Source: Tubulanus polymorphus
Taxonomy: Eukaryota; Animalia; Nemertea
Assembly (NCBI RefSeq): GCF_964204645.1
Contig: NC_134030.1
Location: 13,041,947-13,105,946 of the forward strand
Reading direction: 5' to 3'
Length of the DNA stretch: 64,000 nucleotides
In this document: piece by piece, positions 40,282 through 53,000 of the stretch
Layout of the letters: each line of letters opens with the position of its first letter
Numbering within the stretch: the stretch's first letter is position 1
Made by a program: the position numbers and the translations under genes
The notes under the pieces: generated by a model
What the model saw: the letters and a program-made list of their open reading frames with translations, nothing else
Databases searched by the model: none
Told to the model about the DNA's origin: nothing

Positions 40282-40320
40282 AAGAAATCGCCTTCAACCT
40301 TTACCCGAGAAATGATTCAG
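40282..40320 (+). CDS. CAP gene exon 9 (KEIAFNLYPRNDS)
   Basis: Acceptor ctcgttttattcttatag, donor CAG|GTAAGT, phase 1-1. Confidence 0.72.
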
Positions 40321-40504
40321 GTAAGTCAACAGGACTGGTAACATAATAAATAAAGGACCAATGGTCCAGTGGCTCGCCAAACTGGTGCGAAGTAAAAAAT
40401 CGGTCACATAGGCTACCGGTTTGCAAAAAAAACAATCATTGAAAATTAAACAAGAAACAAATATATTAAAAGGGACTCAATTTTGGTCAGTGTGCACTTC
40501 TAAT

Positions 40505-43500
40505 GAATTGAATTGAATTGAGTTTATTTTGCATTTCAAAATTACATTATAACATAGAAAAATTTACAGGGTTTCGTGTGAATTTTTTTACAATGTAGCG
40601 CAATTATGAAAATGCAGGAGACCCAGAGAAGTCAAAAAGTGACTTATACGAATCCGGGCCCCCTAACTCGAAAAAATGCACGCACACGCGCACATACACA
40701 CACGCATGCACGCACGCACACACACACACACGCGCACACACACACACACGTTATAAACAGGAGACATATATCAAGCAGTATATGACAGTATACATAATTT
40801 CAATATATCAAATAGCGTTTAACTACACAATCATAATACATCGCATTATGAGAGGGTGATTTTTACCCGATTAACTGTCTTTTATAGTGTTTCCTAAATA
40901 TATTAATACTTTTAGATTTTTTTAGTTCGACTGCTAAGGAATTCCATAAAGTTGGGCCAGAAACTTTTATCGAAAATTGTTTTTTACGGGTTCGATAATG
41001 GGGTACGTGCAGATTATTTATACTACGTGTCTGACGACTATGGACCTGAAAATTAAATCTAAAATAGTTCTGAAAACTCTGCGGTGTATTTGAATTTACA
41101 TAATTAAACATAAAACAACCCAGCTGTCATTTGTTGATTTCATGGATTTTCAAAATATTTAAACTACTAAAAAGAGGATCACTATGATCTAAGTAATGGG
41201 AATCTGATATTATTCTCACGGCACGTTTCTGTAGTAAGACTAAGGATTGCAAATTCATATTGTAATTACTTGCCCAAACTATGTTACAGTAGCTTAAGTG
41301 TGGTTCAACTAAACTAAAATATAAACGAATAAGTATACATTTAGGTAAAGAGCGTTTTAATCTATTCAATATCCCCACACTGCGGGCAACCTTAACACGG
41401 ACATAATCAATATGAGTATCCCATTTTAACTTGTCATCAATATGAATACCTAGAAAATTAGTATTTTGGATCTTGTTAATTACTTGACCATTTATTTGAA
41501 TTGAGGTATTTTCGGGCAATTTAGAACCGAACACCATGAAATGTGTCTTTGTTAAGTTTAAAGATAGTTTGTTGGATTGAAACCACTCAGCCAATTTATC
41601 AAGTTCATGGTTCAGAGTTTGCACTAAACGTATAGGGTTAGAGTCACTGACGAAACCATTTGTATCATCAGCGAAAAGTATTAATCTAATTAATCAGGTG
41701 TCGCTGACATTTACGCAATCGTTGATATAGATAATAAAAAGCAGGAGTCCAAGAATTCATCCTTGGGGTACACCTATTGTTGTATTCAACGGTACGGATT
41801 GATAATTTGACAGTTGAACTACTCGACGCCTATTTTCCAGATAATTTTTAAACCATGACAGAGCCAATCCTTTTATCCCATTTATAAATTTAATTTATCT
41901 AATAAAATGCTGTGATTGACAGTTTCGAATGCTTTAGACAGGTCTAAATAGACACCAATTGTTGTTTTTTTATCATCCAAATTATCTAGAATTTCATCGA
42001 ATATTTTAATTAATGCCATAGCAGTAGAGTGATTTTTTTCTGAAGCCAAATTGATTTGGATTTATAATCGAAAATTTATCAAAAAAGGAAACTATTCGGT
42101 AACATACAATTTTTTCTAAAAATTTCACTAGGAGGATTTTTCAAGAATTCTCTGAAATTTTTTCCTGTATCAGGAATTTGTTCCGCTAAATTTAATCCTA
42201 TGTTTACAAAATATTTGTTAAATTCATTAGCAATCAAAGATTTATCATCTATTTTTGCTTGATTGTTGTTGATTTTAAATACATCAGGTAGTCCTTCATC
42301 TTGTTTTGTTTTGCCCAGAATATTGTTAATTATTTTCCAAGATTGTTTCATACTATTTCCTGTAGCCAGTAACCTCTCTGCATAGTAATCTTTTTCTGCA
42401 CGTTTTAAAAGCTTATTTATTGAATTTTTATAATGGACATATCTCTCTTTCTTCTCCTCGGTATTATTTCTTAAAAATTTACGATATAAACGATTTTTCT
42501 GCTTAATTGAATTCATAAGTCCTGCTGATAGCCAAGGTTTATTTTGATTTACGGTGGGATTTTTAAAATTCACGAATGGAAACGATTCATCATAAAGTAC
42601 CTTAAATGTATCCATAAAAGATTTATAAGCTAAGTCGGGGTTCAAATTGTTATACGTTGATGACCAGTCAACCGTATGCAATAGTCTATGGAAATGATTT
42701 ATATCGCGCTCACTAAAGTTTCGCTTGTTTTCCGTTTTCTCTGGTAGTACAGGTTCAGATTCATTACCTATAACAAAAATTGGGAAATGATCGGATATAT
42801 CCGTGCATAGTATACCAGAATAAAAATTACAATGATAATGATTACAGAATATGTTATCAATAAGCGTTGCTGATAAAGCTGTTACTCTCGTTGGTTTGTC
42901 AATTAAAGGACGAAATGAATTTGCAAATAAAGTATTAATAAATTCGTCAGTAGAATGATGTGCACCCGACATCAGTAAATTGACATTGAAATCGCCTAGA
43001 AAATAACAAATTTTGTTATGTTTATTAATTTTGTTTAGTAAAATGTTAAATTCGTCCTGAAATTGACGCAGGTTTAAACCGGGTGGTCTATATAATACAC
43101 CCATGATAGTATTTTTCGTTCTTTTATTAATAATTTCGACAAATAGCGATTCAAACGTATTATCATTACCAGATAAATCTGGCCGAAGTTTGAACATAAA
43201 ATTACTTTTTGAATATAAGGCCAAACCACCACCATGTTGATCATTTTTTTCTACTTTTGAAAATACTGTGATAACCATTAATTTTGTACATACTATCATT
43301 ATCGTTCCCTTCATTTGTCCATGTTTCGGACAAACCGATAATAGAAAAATTAGCATCTAATACATTTAGATAATCTACAAAAGCATCAAAATTTTTGTTT
43401 ACACTACGGATGTTCATAGAAATTAACGAAGATTTCTCTTTATCTATCGTAAAATTATTCTCATCCTAGTATTTGCAATCGATATCTGTATTGTTTGTCA

Positions 43501-44920
43501 TGAAATTTAAGGAAATAGGTTTAGGTAATATACATTATACAATACTGGAATGTGATATCTCAAGTAGACGATCTCTTTTTGATGAATGATTTAATGAGCT
43601 GTCGTTCGCAGATGTCTGACTGAGGTTTCTTTTTTTGGAACAGTCCGTGATCACATGTAGACCGAGGGCCGTTATAAACGAATTAGTAAGAACCCTCGCG
43701 CCCTCTAACACGATATGGACACCGCTAGAGTCTTTTGTGTCGAATAAAGATCTGATAACGTTATTATCGGGACAGAAATTACAGTCATTGTCAATATAGT
43801 GCACACTGGGTTCCGCCTTGCATAATTTCGATAGAAAACTGTTGAGTTTTTTCGTAGTATCGTTTGAAGCCATGATAGATTTACTTTTACCTCTACGAGG
43901 TAAAATACTGGATATAAAATAATTTGTTCATGGTCATCTTTTAGCTCTGTGACATCGTTTGTACCTAGATGACAGATCACACTGTTAATTTCCATCGACA
44001 ATTTTGATGAGTCGAGGGATTCCAACATGTCACTCATGTCACTGGCTTTCGCGCCCGATCTAGCGTGAACATAAACATCGCCGAGGTCATGGAAAATGAG
44101 TCAATTGCAGTTTGAATCGCCAATCACTATATCTTGCGCTCGATTTGTTTTCTGTGTATCTGCGGTCATCGAGACGGGGCGTGGAGTTGAATGACCAACT
44201 GAGTACTGATCACAGATTTGATCAGTCCTTTCGGGGTCCTCATATACTATTTTTCTCTGAACGGCTATTAGATTTGGACAATCATTTCTTTTGTGCCCTG
44301 ATGCACGACAATAGTAACACACAATCCTCACCGGGCACGAATTCGCAAGATGATCCGCTGACTTGCATTTAAAACACAATTTACGAGTTCTTAGTAAGCA
44401 TTTGAAGTATGGATGATCAGTAGCCCCGCAATGCTTACACTGTGTCTTGTTGTTATCACAATATAACCTCACATCGAACCTTCCAAATTTAGCTTCTACA
44501 GGAAAGATGTTTTTAACATTTCTCAGTTTTGCGTGGATGGTTCAATTTAGGATATCAGTCCCCTGAATTTTCACTTTAGTAATGCTCCCGCCTAACACAT
44601 CACCATAACGCGAGAGCTGACCAGCTATAAACGCATCAGAAAGTTCAACCGGGGCATCTTTTATGGTGATATTTGTCAAATCCATCTGCTTGTCAATTTT
44701 AGTAACGATTGTTTGCTGATTCCCAACTTAAAATTCCTCTTTTAAAAAGCGAGCAAGAACATTTTGGTCTTTAAAAGTGATTCGACACTCACCGGCTTTC
44801 ACGATCTGAATTGCTTTCACATTTACCAAATGAGTTCCCAAAGCCTTTATGACATCCGTTTCCACAAATTTCACACCCCCACACTCAACAGTAAGGGGGC
44901 GTTTTAGATCCATTATACGT
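40505..44920 (-). mobile_element. Near full-length decayed CR1/L2-clade LINE in CAP intron 9
   Basis: ORF1: RRM-like region, 3 CCHC knuckles, SGNH esterase blocks (IVIGDSN, HLGTND, DSSGVH). ORF2: APE (GGGLALY, YRPP, GDFN, TLIDNIF, SDHFPIF) and RT ([13 protein letters not shown]) with a deletion near 42080. 3' stem-loop, AATAAA, (ATTCA)n tail. Confidence 0.93.
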
Positions 44921-44934
44921 AACTATATCTGCAA

Positions 44935-45400
44935 AAGCAATATACTAGCTAGTGTTCTCATGGCGTTACGCGCTTCCCCAACGTCCCACACGACTGGCTT
45001 TTCTCCATCTCATGTCTTATTCGGGACGGATATGTCGCTACCTATTGAGACAACTCTTCCAAAAGAGAATTTGGCTAAAACTGTGCAGGAACGCATTGCA
45101 CGCAAACAAAGCAGTCAAAGAAATCGTTACTCATCAAACCAGTTACGTAACAAAGAACTCCATGATAAGCATGCCTCAACACCAGATTACCATGTCGGCC
45201 AGAAAGTTTGGTTGTTGCGTAAACACACTAATAAAGGGAAGTCAAAGAAAGAGATTCTTGCCTAAATCTACAGGACCGTATGAAAATATAACGTTAGGTA
45301 AAAATGTTACCTTCTTCCTCAGATATTGTCGAACAGACCTGCCATCAGCGGTGAATGCTTCCCGCCTCAGTACTTGTGTAGACCGGGCTGATAACCCGCA
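44935..45400 (+). mobile_element. Gypsy integrase C-terminal relic
   Basis: LMALRASP...TGFSP..LFG.....P, YHVGQKVWL, K.LPK.TGPY (GPY/F module), VNASRL. Confidence 0.8.
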
Positions 45401-45858
45401 TCTACTACCTCAGCTCGAGAGTACGCACGGTGGCTCAGTCACGGATTCTCAAGTCATTAATCCCCCAAGTTCGGTTATATATACATAGACTAAGCGGCAA
45501 CGTGTCCACCCAAGGAATTACAGACATTATATTTCAATGACGGATGCGTGGCGAGTATTTATGTTGAAGTGTATATGTAGTTGGCAACCATACACTGGAA
45601 AGCGAGCATGATCTTTCTTACGAATTCAAAATCAATATGAAAATGTCATAGAAAAGCAAATTATCACTGCGATTGGCAGACAATCATAGGTAATCAGATT
45701 ATAAATAATGTATAAAAGCAAACAACTCACACCAAGCGTTACACACAGCAAGATTCTACTTTTCATAATGGACAATTATCATTTTTATTACACTCGAAAG
45801 TTAATCGTTCCCAGTTGAGTTCGACTGATTACAGATACTCACACATTTCATTTTCTAG

Positions 45859-46008
45859 TGTCCAATAACTGTAGTAAGGTTGAACCTGCGGCGTGTGGTC
45901 ATTACCTTCATTGGACTAAACAGGAAAGCGCCATCTATCACATGCAGGATTATGTATGTCAACACCCTGCTGACATGGATTGTAACGCATATTGCCGCAA
46001 ATGCTTGG
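45859..46008 (+). CDS. CAP gene exon 10 (ShKT-like six-cysteine domain)
   Basis: VSNNCSKVEPAACGHYLHWTKQESAIYHMQDYVCQHPADMDCNAYCRKCL = Cx7Cx20Cx7Cx3Cx2C; phase 1-1, donor G|GTGAGT. Confidence 0.75.
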
Positions 46009-47219
46009 GTGAGTATGATAATTTGAGACCATTTTGTATTGGATGAAAGAATTCTTCATGATATGTTATATTGTAAGACGAAATTGAACTAATACATGAG
46101 CTACATTAGAAGTGAATATCGTTGCGAGGTTTAACTACAGCACCGATGCAACAGAACCCCTGCCTCTATTTTTGCCCAGGAAAAGGCCATTTGCGTAACT
46201 TATTCGCTTCAAGTGCTGTTCTTCTTAATGAACGCAGAAGCCGGGATAGCCTATCAATTACCGTTGAATAAACAGCAAGTGTACTCCGACGGAATGGACC
46301 TAAGAGGGTCCAATCCAGTATCATAAAAATATCATCTTGGCAAAAAGGGGATCGGGCCAGTTTTCACCACCCCCTATTGGATTTATCCACAGCAACTTCG
46401 ATTATCGGCGAATGCTATAAGAAACAATTTTGTAAGAGATCAGCTGCATACACACTAAACCATCGACACGTGTAGAAATTAGGAAACTCCCTCAGTTCAT
46501 TTTGTCAACGAAACAATAGAAAGTCAACGTTCAGAAGAATGCTAGGGAAAGTCTTGAAATCGTATCCAAACGCATCAGCTCGAGAAAATGTTTCTGTTGA
46601 TTATTCATGTTATCTTTGATAGTATCTCAATTCTAGGCTCTATTCCATCGGTGTCTTGATTAGTGACCGGTGGCCTAACCGTGGTTATTTGCAAAATGAA
46701 CATTTAACAAGGGTCATGCGATTTAATCACGTCTGACCTACCCAACCCAGTTTGACATGTTTTATACCTGAATTTCAAATCATAGTTGGAGGAAATCCCA
46801 ACACAGGGCTGGTGGGAGCATCAATTATAGTTAGCTCATCAATTGATTTTTCGACTCGCAAGATTGCTCTGAAACGCATCGCACCCGTACACTTTGTGGA
46901 AAAAAAATGTCTTAATATTGGGTGATGAACGCAGTGTATACTGTTATTTCCTCTAACATGGGACTTATCACCCGACGTATCTACTTGGTGAGACTTGCAT
47001 ACTGGAGATCTCGTAATACTGGCAGTTTTTTTTCATAGAAACACTGTCCACGGTCAAAGGGTTCCAATCTTCTAAAATGCAATGATATTTACCCCATCAG
47101 TATTTAAGTTGATGACAAGCGCCTTGTGGTAATTTTAAACCAATGTCGACTGACTGATAATTCGCTATGCTATGAATTCGCTGTAGGGTTTGACGATGTA
47201 TCTGTTTATTTCATTACAG

Positions 47220-47374
47220 CCACCAAATGTGAGAAATTTGATGGAACATATATTGAAATTGGTGGCGAGTGGCAATATGTGCATTTGGACAAACAATCTA
47301 ACTCGACGTGGACAATCATATGTACACTTGTTGGCAATCAAATACTTAAAGAAGTTAGCTTCGAAATCTTTTAA
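47220..47374 (+). CDS. CAP gene terminal exon (unknown module B)
   Basis: Acceptor tttatttcattacag, phase 1; ATKCEKFDGTYIEIGGEWQYVHLDKQSNSTWTIICTLVGNQILKEVSFEIF*; AATAAA at ~47615 and ~47922. Confidence 0.72.
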
Positions 47375-48131
47375 ACTAAAATGGATTGCTGTTACGTAGT
47401 TTTTTTTTCATCATTATTAGCCTAAAAAAGATATCTTATTTCTCATAATCGAGCGAGTGTAAGAAAGTGAGGTACGTGACAACTGCGAAGGATGGAAGAG
47501 AATATTTGACTGGAAATGCATCCATTCTACAAACTACTGTTAGCAAATTCAACATTGTCGGGATAAAATCGGCATCATGTCTATATCTTACGCGGTTCCA
47601 AATCATTCTGTACCAATAAAGAAGTTCACAGTTTCTAGTCGCCATTTTGTGGCGTACCCTTGAGGTCCACAATGTGGAATAATTTGCGCTCATTTTCAAA
47701 TCGTAAGTTTTGATTGAATATCATATAGCTCTGTTGAGTCTTATAATTCTAGTTAAACAGTTAATGTACACATAAATGTAAACCAAATTGTAAAAATGAG
47801 CTTCGCAAGTCGATGGGTCAGAAACCCTCTAGTCTAACTTGACATAAGGTGGCTGTAGCACCGGTATTGGTGATGGGTTGATCATACTGTCTCTGGTTTC
47901 AAGATATGCATTAAGTGTGCGAATAAAAAGCAACAGCTATCGTTACTGTACGTATCACACGTCTTGATTCTTGTCGTTTACAAATCACCAAAGTCACGAG
48001 GATATATCATGGCTGATAAAAACATAGGAATAACCGGGATTTTTAACGAATACATGTACGTAAGACCACGGATATTTTATCCATTTATTTAAATACTAGG
48101 TTGTTTTGGGATAAGAAAGTTACAACGCTAA

Positions 48132-48204
48132 AATATGATATGATATGATATGATATGATATGATATGATATGATATGATATGATATGATATGATATGATA
48201 TGAT
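48132..48204. repeat. (ATATG)n microsatellite
   Basis: ~14 perfect units. Confidence 0.95.
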
Positions 48205-48242
48205 TTTTTCCAGCGGGCTATTGCGTTCACGTCTCGCCCGTC

Positions 48243-49452
48243 AGTAATTTGAAAGGTGGGCTATTATAGCAGAGGGCGAGAGGGCGACACATCACCCATC
48301 ACCACTCATAATTTCTTTATATATATAAATGGGAGAGAGAAAAGTATTCTTAGCGTCAATAAATAATGAAATAAAACCAGCAAAAAACAATTTGAAACAA
48401 AAAAGTAAGAAGAAATTGAACATAAAATATTAAAACTAGAAAAGATAGGAAGTAATATGGAAAAAAATATCAGCAAATTTGAGTTACTGTAATGTTAGTA
48501 CAGCACGAGAATTTAAAGTATTTTTACCTGATAAATGGGCTTCATTAAGTAAGAGGAATTAAAAGATTTAGAAGGACTTAAAATAATGTATCATGGGAAA
48601 TATGAAATATGAAAAATTGTTAAAGAAAAGAATAAAATAACGATAAAATAAAATGATAAGAAAATAAAGAAATGAAGAAATAAAATAATAAAATAATAAA
48701 AATAATGAAATAAATCAAAAATAAGACAAAAATATTGAGATATTTAATTTTTACAGATAGAAATATTGTTAAATAAATAAAATTATTTTTTTGTTTTTTT
48801 TTCTAAAATATTCCATTTTTGTATAGTGAACTTTGGAATTTCAGAAGTTTTTTTATTTTCAACAGTAGTTAAAAATTATTTGAAATATCTATTTCTTAAT
48901 TTTGAATCATATAACTTGTCATTAGTTTGTGAATATGTCTATGATGTTTTAATGTATTTTCATTTTTATACTTGCATATTACACAAGATTTGATATCATT
49001 CAATCTACCTGAAATATAATTTATGTTATCTTTTAATTCTGTATATTTAATTTTACAAGTATCATATAATTCTAATAATTGTTTTAATGAGTAAATTGAA
49101 AATGGAACTATTCCCGAAATCAAAAAATAATTAACTTGATATGCTCTTGATTTTTATATATTAGATTTAATATTTCTAGTATCTTACTTTCACTCATTTT
49201 TACAGTTAAAATATGTAGAATGAATTAAATTAAAAGATGTCTTAATCCTCTAATTTTTTTCAATATTAACTTATATTATATTTTCATGATTATTTCCATT
49301 TAACTTCTTTAATTTCTAACTTAATTTTATATTTTCATTTAATAAATCTAGCGAAAGTTTGTGCAGCCGAATAAACTGAGCAGTCACTTTGTTATTAAAA
49401 TCAAACACAATGTATGTTCCCTCTGATATGAAAGACCATATTCCCTATTACC
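48243..49452. mobile_element. AT-rich relic related to the 2979-4098 element
   Basis: Left end agtaat...cagagggcgagagggcga and right end ctctgatatgaaagaccatattccctattacc resemble the termini of 2979-4098; very AT-rich interior with a decayed ORF; no TSD. Confidence 0.5.
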
Positions 49453-49519
49453 GGTGCCAACATTAGACACCCTCGAGGTAGATTCAGGCCCAATCGGCTG
49501 CTGCTATGTGATAGCGATA

Positions 49520-49780
49520 CTTTGATATGATATGATATGATTTATTTGCATAATAGATTGTTACAGAGTTTACAAATGAATACACAATATATGGAAAAGA
49601 ATGAACCAATAAATTATGCGAGGAATTAGGAGAAGCCAAAGTTGGCTTCATCTAGTCCTAATCCCTCGTCCGTACACTCTCACATACACACAGACATATA
49701 CACCAATTCACATTCATTCCTAGTTTACCAAACAAACCAAATATACATAATATACATAGACAATTGCAGATAAAGTAATG
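49520..49780 (-). mobile_element. LINE 3' UTR remnant
   Basis: Stem-loop gaagccaa/ttggcttc, AATAAA and (ATATC)n tail on the minus strand; same layout as the 3' end at 40505-40665. Confidence 0.5.
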
Positions 49781-50036
49781 TGGCACGTTATAAAAGATTA
49801 CACCGATAATTAATAAGTGGAACGAAGATAACGCTGAAGCTGAATTTTGAAGTTGGATTTTATTTTGGACTTTATTGATTTGGCTTAAGTATAGCTTATG
49901 CGGATTCGGTTCATCAGGGACAAAGAGATCCTCACGCACGACGGAACTCAAGACGGAACTCGCGACCCGAAGTCCTCTCTGACGCCCTTTCCTCAGAGTT
50001 GCAGCGTTGATAGCAGCGACCAGTACAGTCGTTTCA

Positions 50037-53000
50037 CCGGTTCCTGAACTTCGCTGAAAAAGCTGAAACGCTGAAACGCTGAATCGCTGAAATAAAAACG
50101 CTGAAATTTCAGGGAATTTCGAAAAACGCCGAAATTTCAGGGAATTCCCGAAAAACGCTGAAATCGTGCTAGGTACCGACAATACTCGTTTTGAAATATT
50201 TTCCGGGCCGGTGTCCGCTGCCGAGTCCTGAACCGTGTTTTGCATGGGCAGTATGTGTGGAGTATACTTCTAGAGGGCCACTTGTTGGACAAATTAATTC
50301 GCTTGAAATCCGGATTTTTAATGCATACAGGCAGCATGATGAGGAAAACCCATTCACAAACCGTGCAAGCCAACTTAAACACTATGCTCAATATTCCAAG
50401 AATATGGTTTACTTCAGCAAGACGTAACGTTCATTCATGTATAAAACAGGATTATGAGCAACTTTTCTTTTGTCAACACGTTGATGGGCGACGGACTATG
50501 GTATTCTCTGAAGGAGGTAAATTAAATTTGACAGCTAGTTATATAGATGATGCAGCTTTTGGACAAAAGGGATCTAACTAAATTTCTTTTTTATTCACCG
50601 TGGAATGGAATGGATTGACGCCAATGACATGCAGTAGGCCCCTACTTATAGGTCATACCAATTAGCGTCAACCAATTAATCTAAATCGGGCAAACCATTC
50701 AACACCTGTAATTTATTTGCTGTGGTGTGATAATAATAAGTTTTTTTTTGAAAAAATGACATACCAACTGTTAGAAAAATTTACCGATTCTTATTTTTAG
50801 ACTACTACGGTAATACCGATATAGATAATCTATAAAAGGAGTCATAGACAAAGTTGATTTGCCTAGCTGGACACACTTCTTGTCCAGTTCATCATCTCAA
50901 GTATTGGGTGTTTTGTAAGTTGTTTCAGTATTTATTTACAAAGTGCTGTTCCCTCGGACCTCAGTGCTTTCAAACTAGGCCCACCCCATAGGCTATATAT
51001 CCAGGGTGTATTAGCCACTACTCTTTTATTTCCTACTTTAAATGCACATTTTTCAATTTTTAGACTCGGGCTAAGAATGTGCAAATTTGAGATACTGAGA
51101 AATCAGATAGCATTAGTTAACTTCAACTGCGAAATTTACAGCAGGATAGCTGAACGACACAATTTTTAAAAACAAAATGGCTATTTGAATGCTATTTCAG
51201 TAATAACTTGATTCAACCAGAGAGAAATAAGTCAATTGCGGATGTACAGTACACCCACTTTACTTATCCGTTTTCCTGGTACCAAATTTGTTATCTTAAG
51301 CTAAGCAATATTCTTAGGTATGCTAGTGAATTTCATTAGAATATGAAGCAATGGAACCAGAATTCAAGCCCGAGTTAAGCGAACTATTGATTCTGATATA
51401 ATGTAAGAACTGATTTCTTTTGTGTACTCTTGCAGAATGTGTTAAGTATTATTTTAAGCTGTTAAATGATATAGTTAGACAAACGTCCAATTATTGGATC
51501 TTTCTTGTTGACTCGTTTAATTTTGTGAGTTTAGAGTTCCAGTCAATCCACAATGTGTAGTGCCTAGCCTTCATCTAGTACTAAAGCCAAGCCTGTGTAT
51601 GGGAAAACGTTGTTCGACTCTCATAAGCCAGACAAATCAAAGCATGCAATACATTGCAGATAGTAGTATCCAGCAAGTAGACAGAGAAAGTAAACCAGGT
51701 TTTACCCTGTACCCTACCCGGCATCTTCACCTGTCAAGGGATTCGAACCCACTACACTAAAGCTGTTCTCCGAACCGCTTGACCTCACGAGTCGTTACTA
51801 GCCGACCAGAATCAGGTCGGGCCAATCACAGCGCTTGTTACAAATGACATTGGGCATCTGTGGAATTTCCCGGTAAATGGACCAATCAGCGAACACGTAG
51901 CGAAGGGGAAGTATTGTCGCGTGTTGATATATGACGTCATGCTCAGAAGCGTCGGTAATGAAATCGCGCGTCGTGAGGCCAGGGGGCTGCTGGAAGCGAG
52001 TTTGGGAGCAATACTGGTCTCCTGGCAAGCGAGGATGCCTACCCGGGAACGAAAGACACTTCAATACTCCTTTCTTGTAGAGATTGTAGAAATATGGCAC
52101 CCAATCGTAGTAATGCTAAGTACAGTATACTATGACGGTTGAACCTTTATTCACACCGAAATAGAATCAAAGTAGTCATAAGTTCCATGCTAGCACTTAA
52201 TTTGGGTTATCAGGTTCAGCCTAACTAGCTGTACTTTCATTCAGCTACTACTTTTGTATGAGAATTGGCAATGATAAGTTGCAAGAAATCACCAAACATA
52301 AGAAAAAATATTGAGAATTAATATTACTGTAATTAAGAATTTATTCAAATGAAGTGATAATTTCATTGTTAGATCGTACCGGTATATGCGCATAAAACAA
52401 AAAACACATCTAACAATCCACGCAATCCGCAATGCAAAAACCGTAAAGTTTCCCAAGTCTCTGTTTATAACGCATGCGCATTAGGAAGTGTTGGGGAAAT
52501 CCTCTAAGTCTAGAAACTGGTCGCGTGCGCATGCGTCGCTACATGTGTATTTTTTCCTAAACTGGGTCATGTCAGAACGCTGAAACATAGAACTATAACG
52601 GACTGAACTTGCGTGAACTTATGCGCAGCGGGAAGGCGCAGTTTGTTTGGTCACTTACGAGGATCATTTGTATTTTTTGGAATGACAGGTGTTCAAGTGG
52701 TCTTGCCATAAGCTGAAAATCTAAGATATATATCGGTATATTAAAAAGGATGAATGTATTTTTCTGCCTACACATTCGGGATTCGAACCTAATAGCACTT
52801 AAAAGTAAATCCTGTCTATTTTTATGTTCATTGTTTCATATTCGGGATGCTTTAACTTTTTCCTTGGCAAACAATAACCCAGCGACACTTTAATCATCAA
52901 AGTTCATGTCGTAACGCTTGAAATACGATCAGTAATTTTCGGGTTTCGAACCTGATAGCGCCGCTTAAGATGAACAGCGTAAATAAGATCAATATTTTTA

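Larger units (their letters stand above)
24471..47374 (+). other. 11-exon gene for a secreted CAP/SCP (CRISP/PI16-like) protein with ShKT-like domain; exon 3 disrupted
   Basis: Exons 24471-24516, 24588-24607, 27990-28089, 29325-29446, 29629-29725, 30150-30292, 36664-36749, 39435-39649, 40282-40320, 45859-46008, 47220-47374: all GT-AG, phases match at every junction, total 1173 nt = 391 codons including the stop. Confidence 0.82.

Noticed and set aside
49658-50245. 195-aa minus-strand ORF
   Set aside because: Runs across a TIR, its TSD and two unrelated repeats; chance open frame.
51730-51795. tRNA gene suggested by a B-box
   Set aside because: No cloverleaf or acceptor stem visible; at best a SINE remnant.
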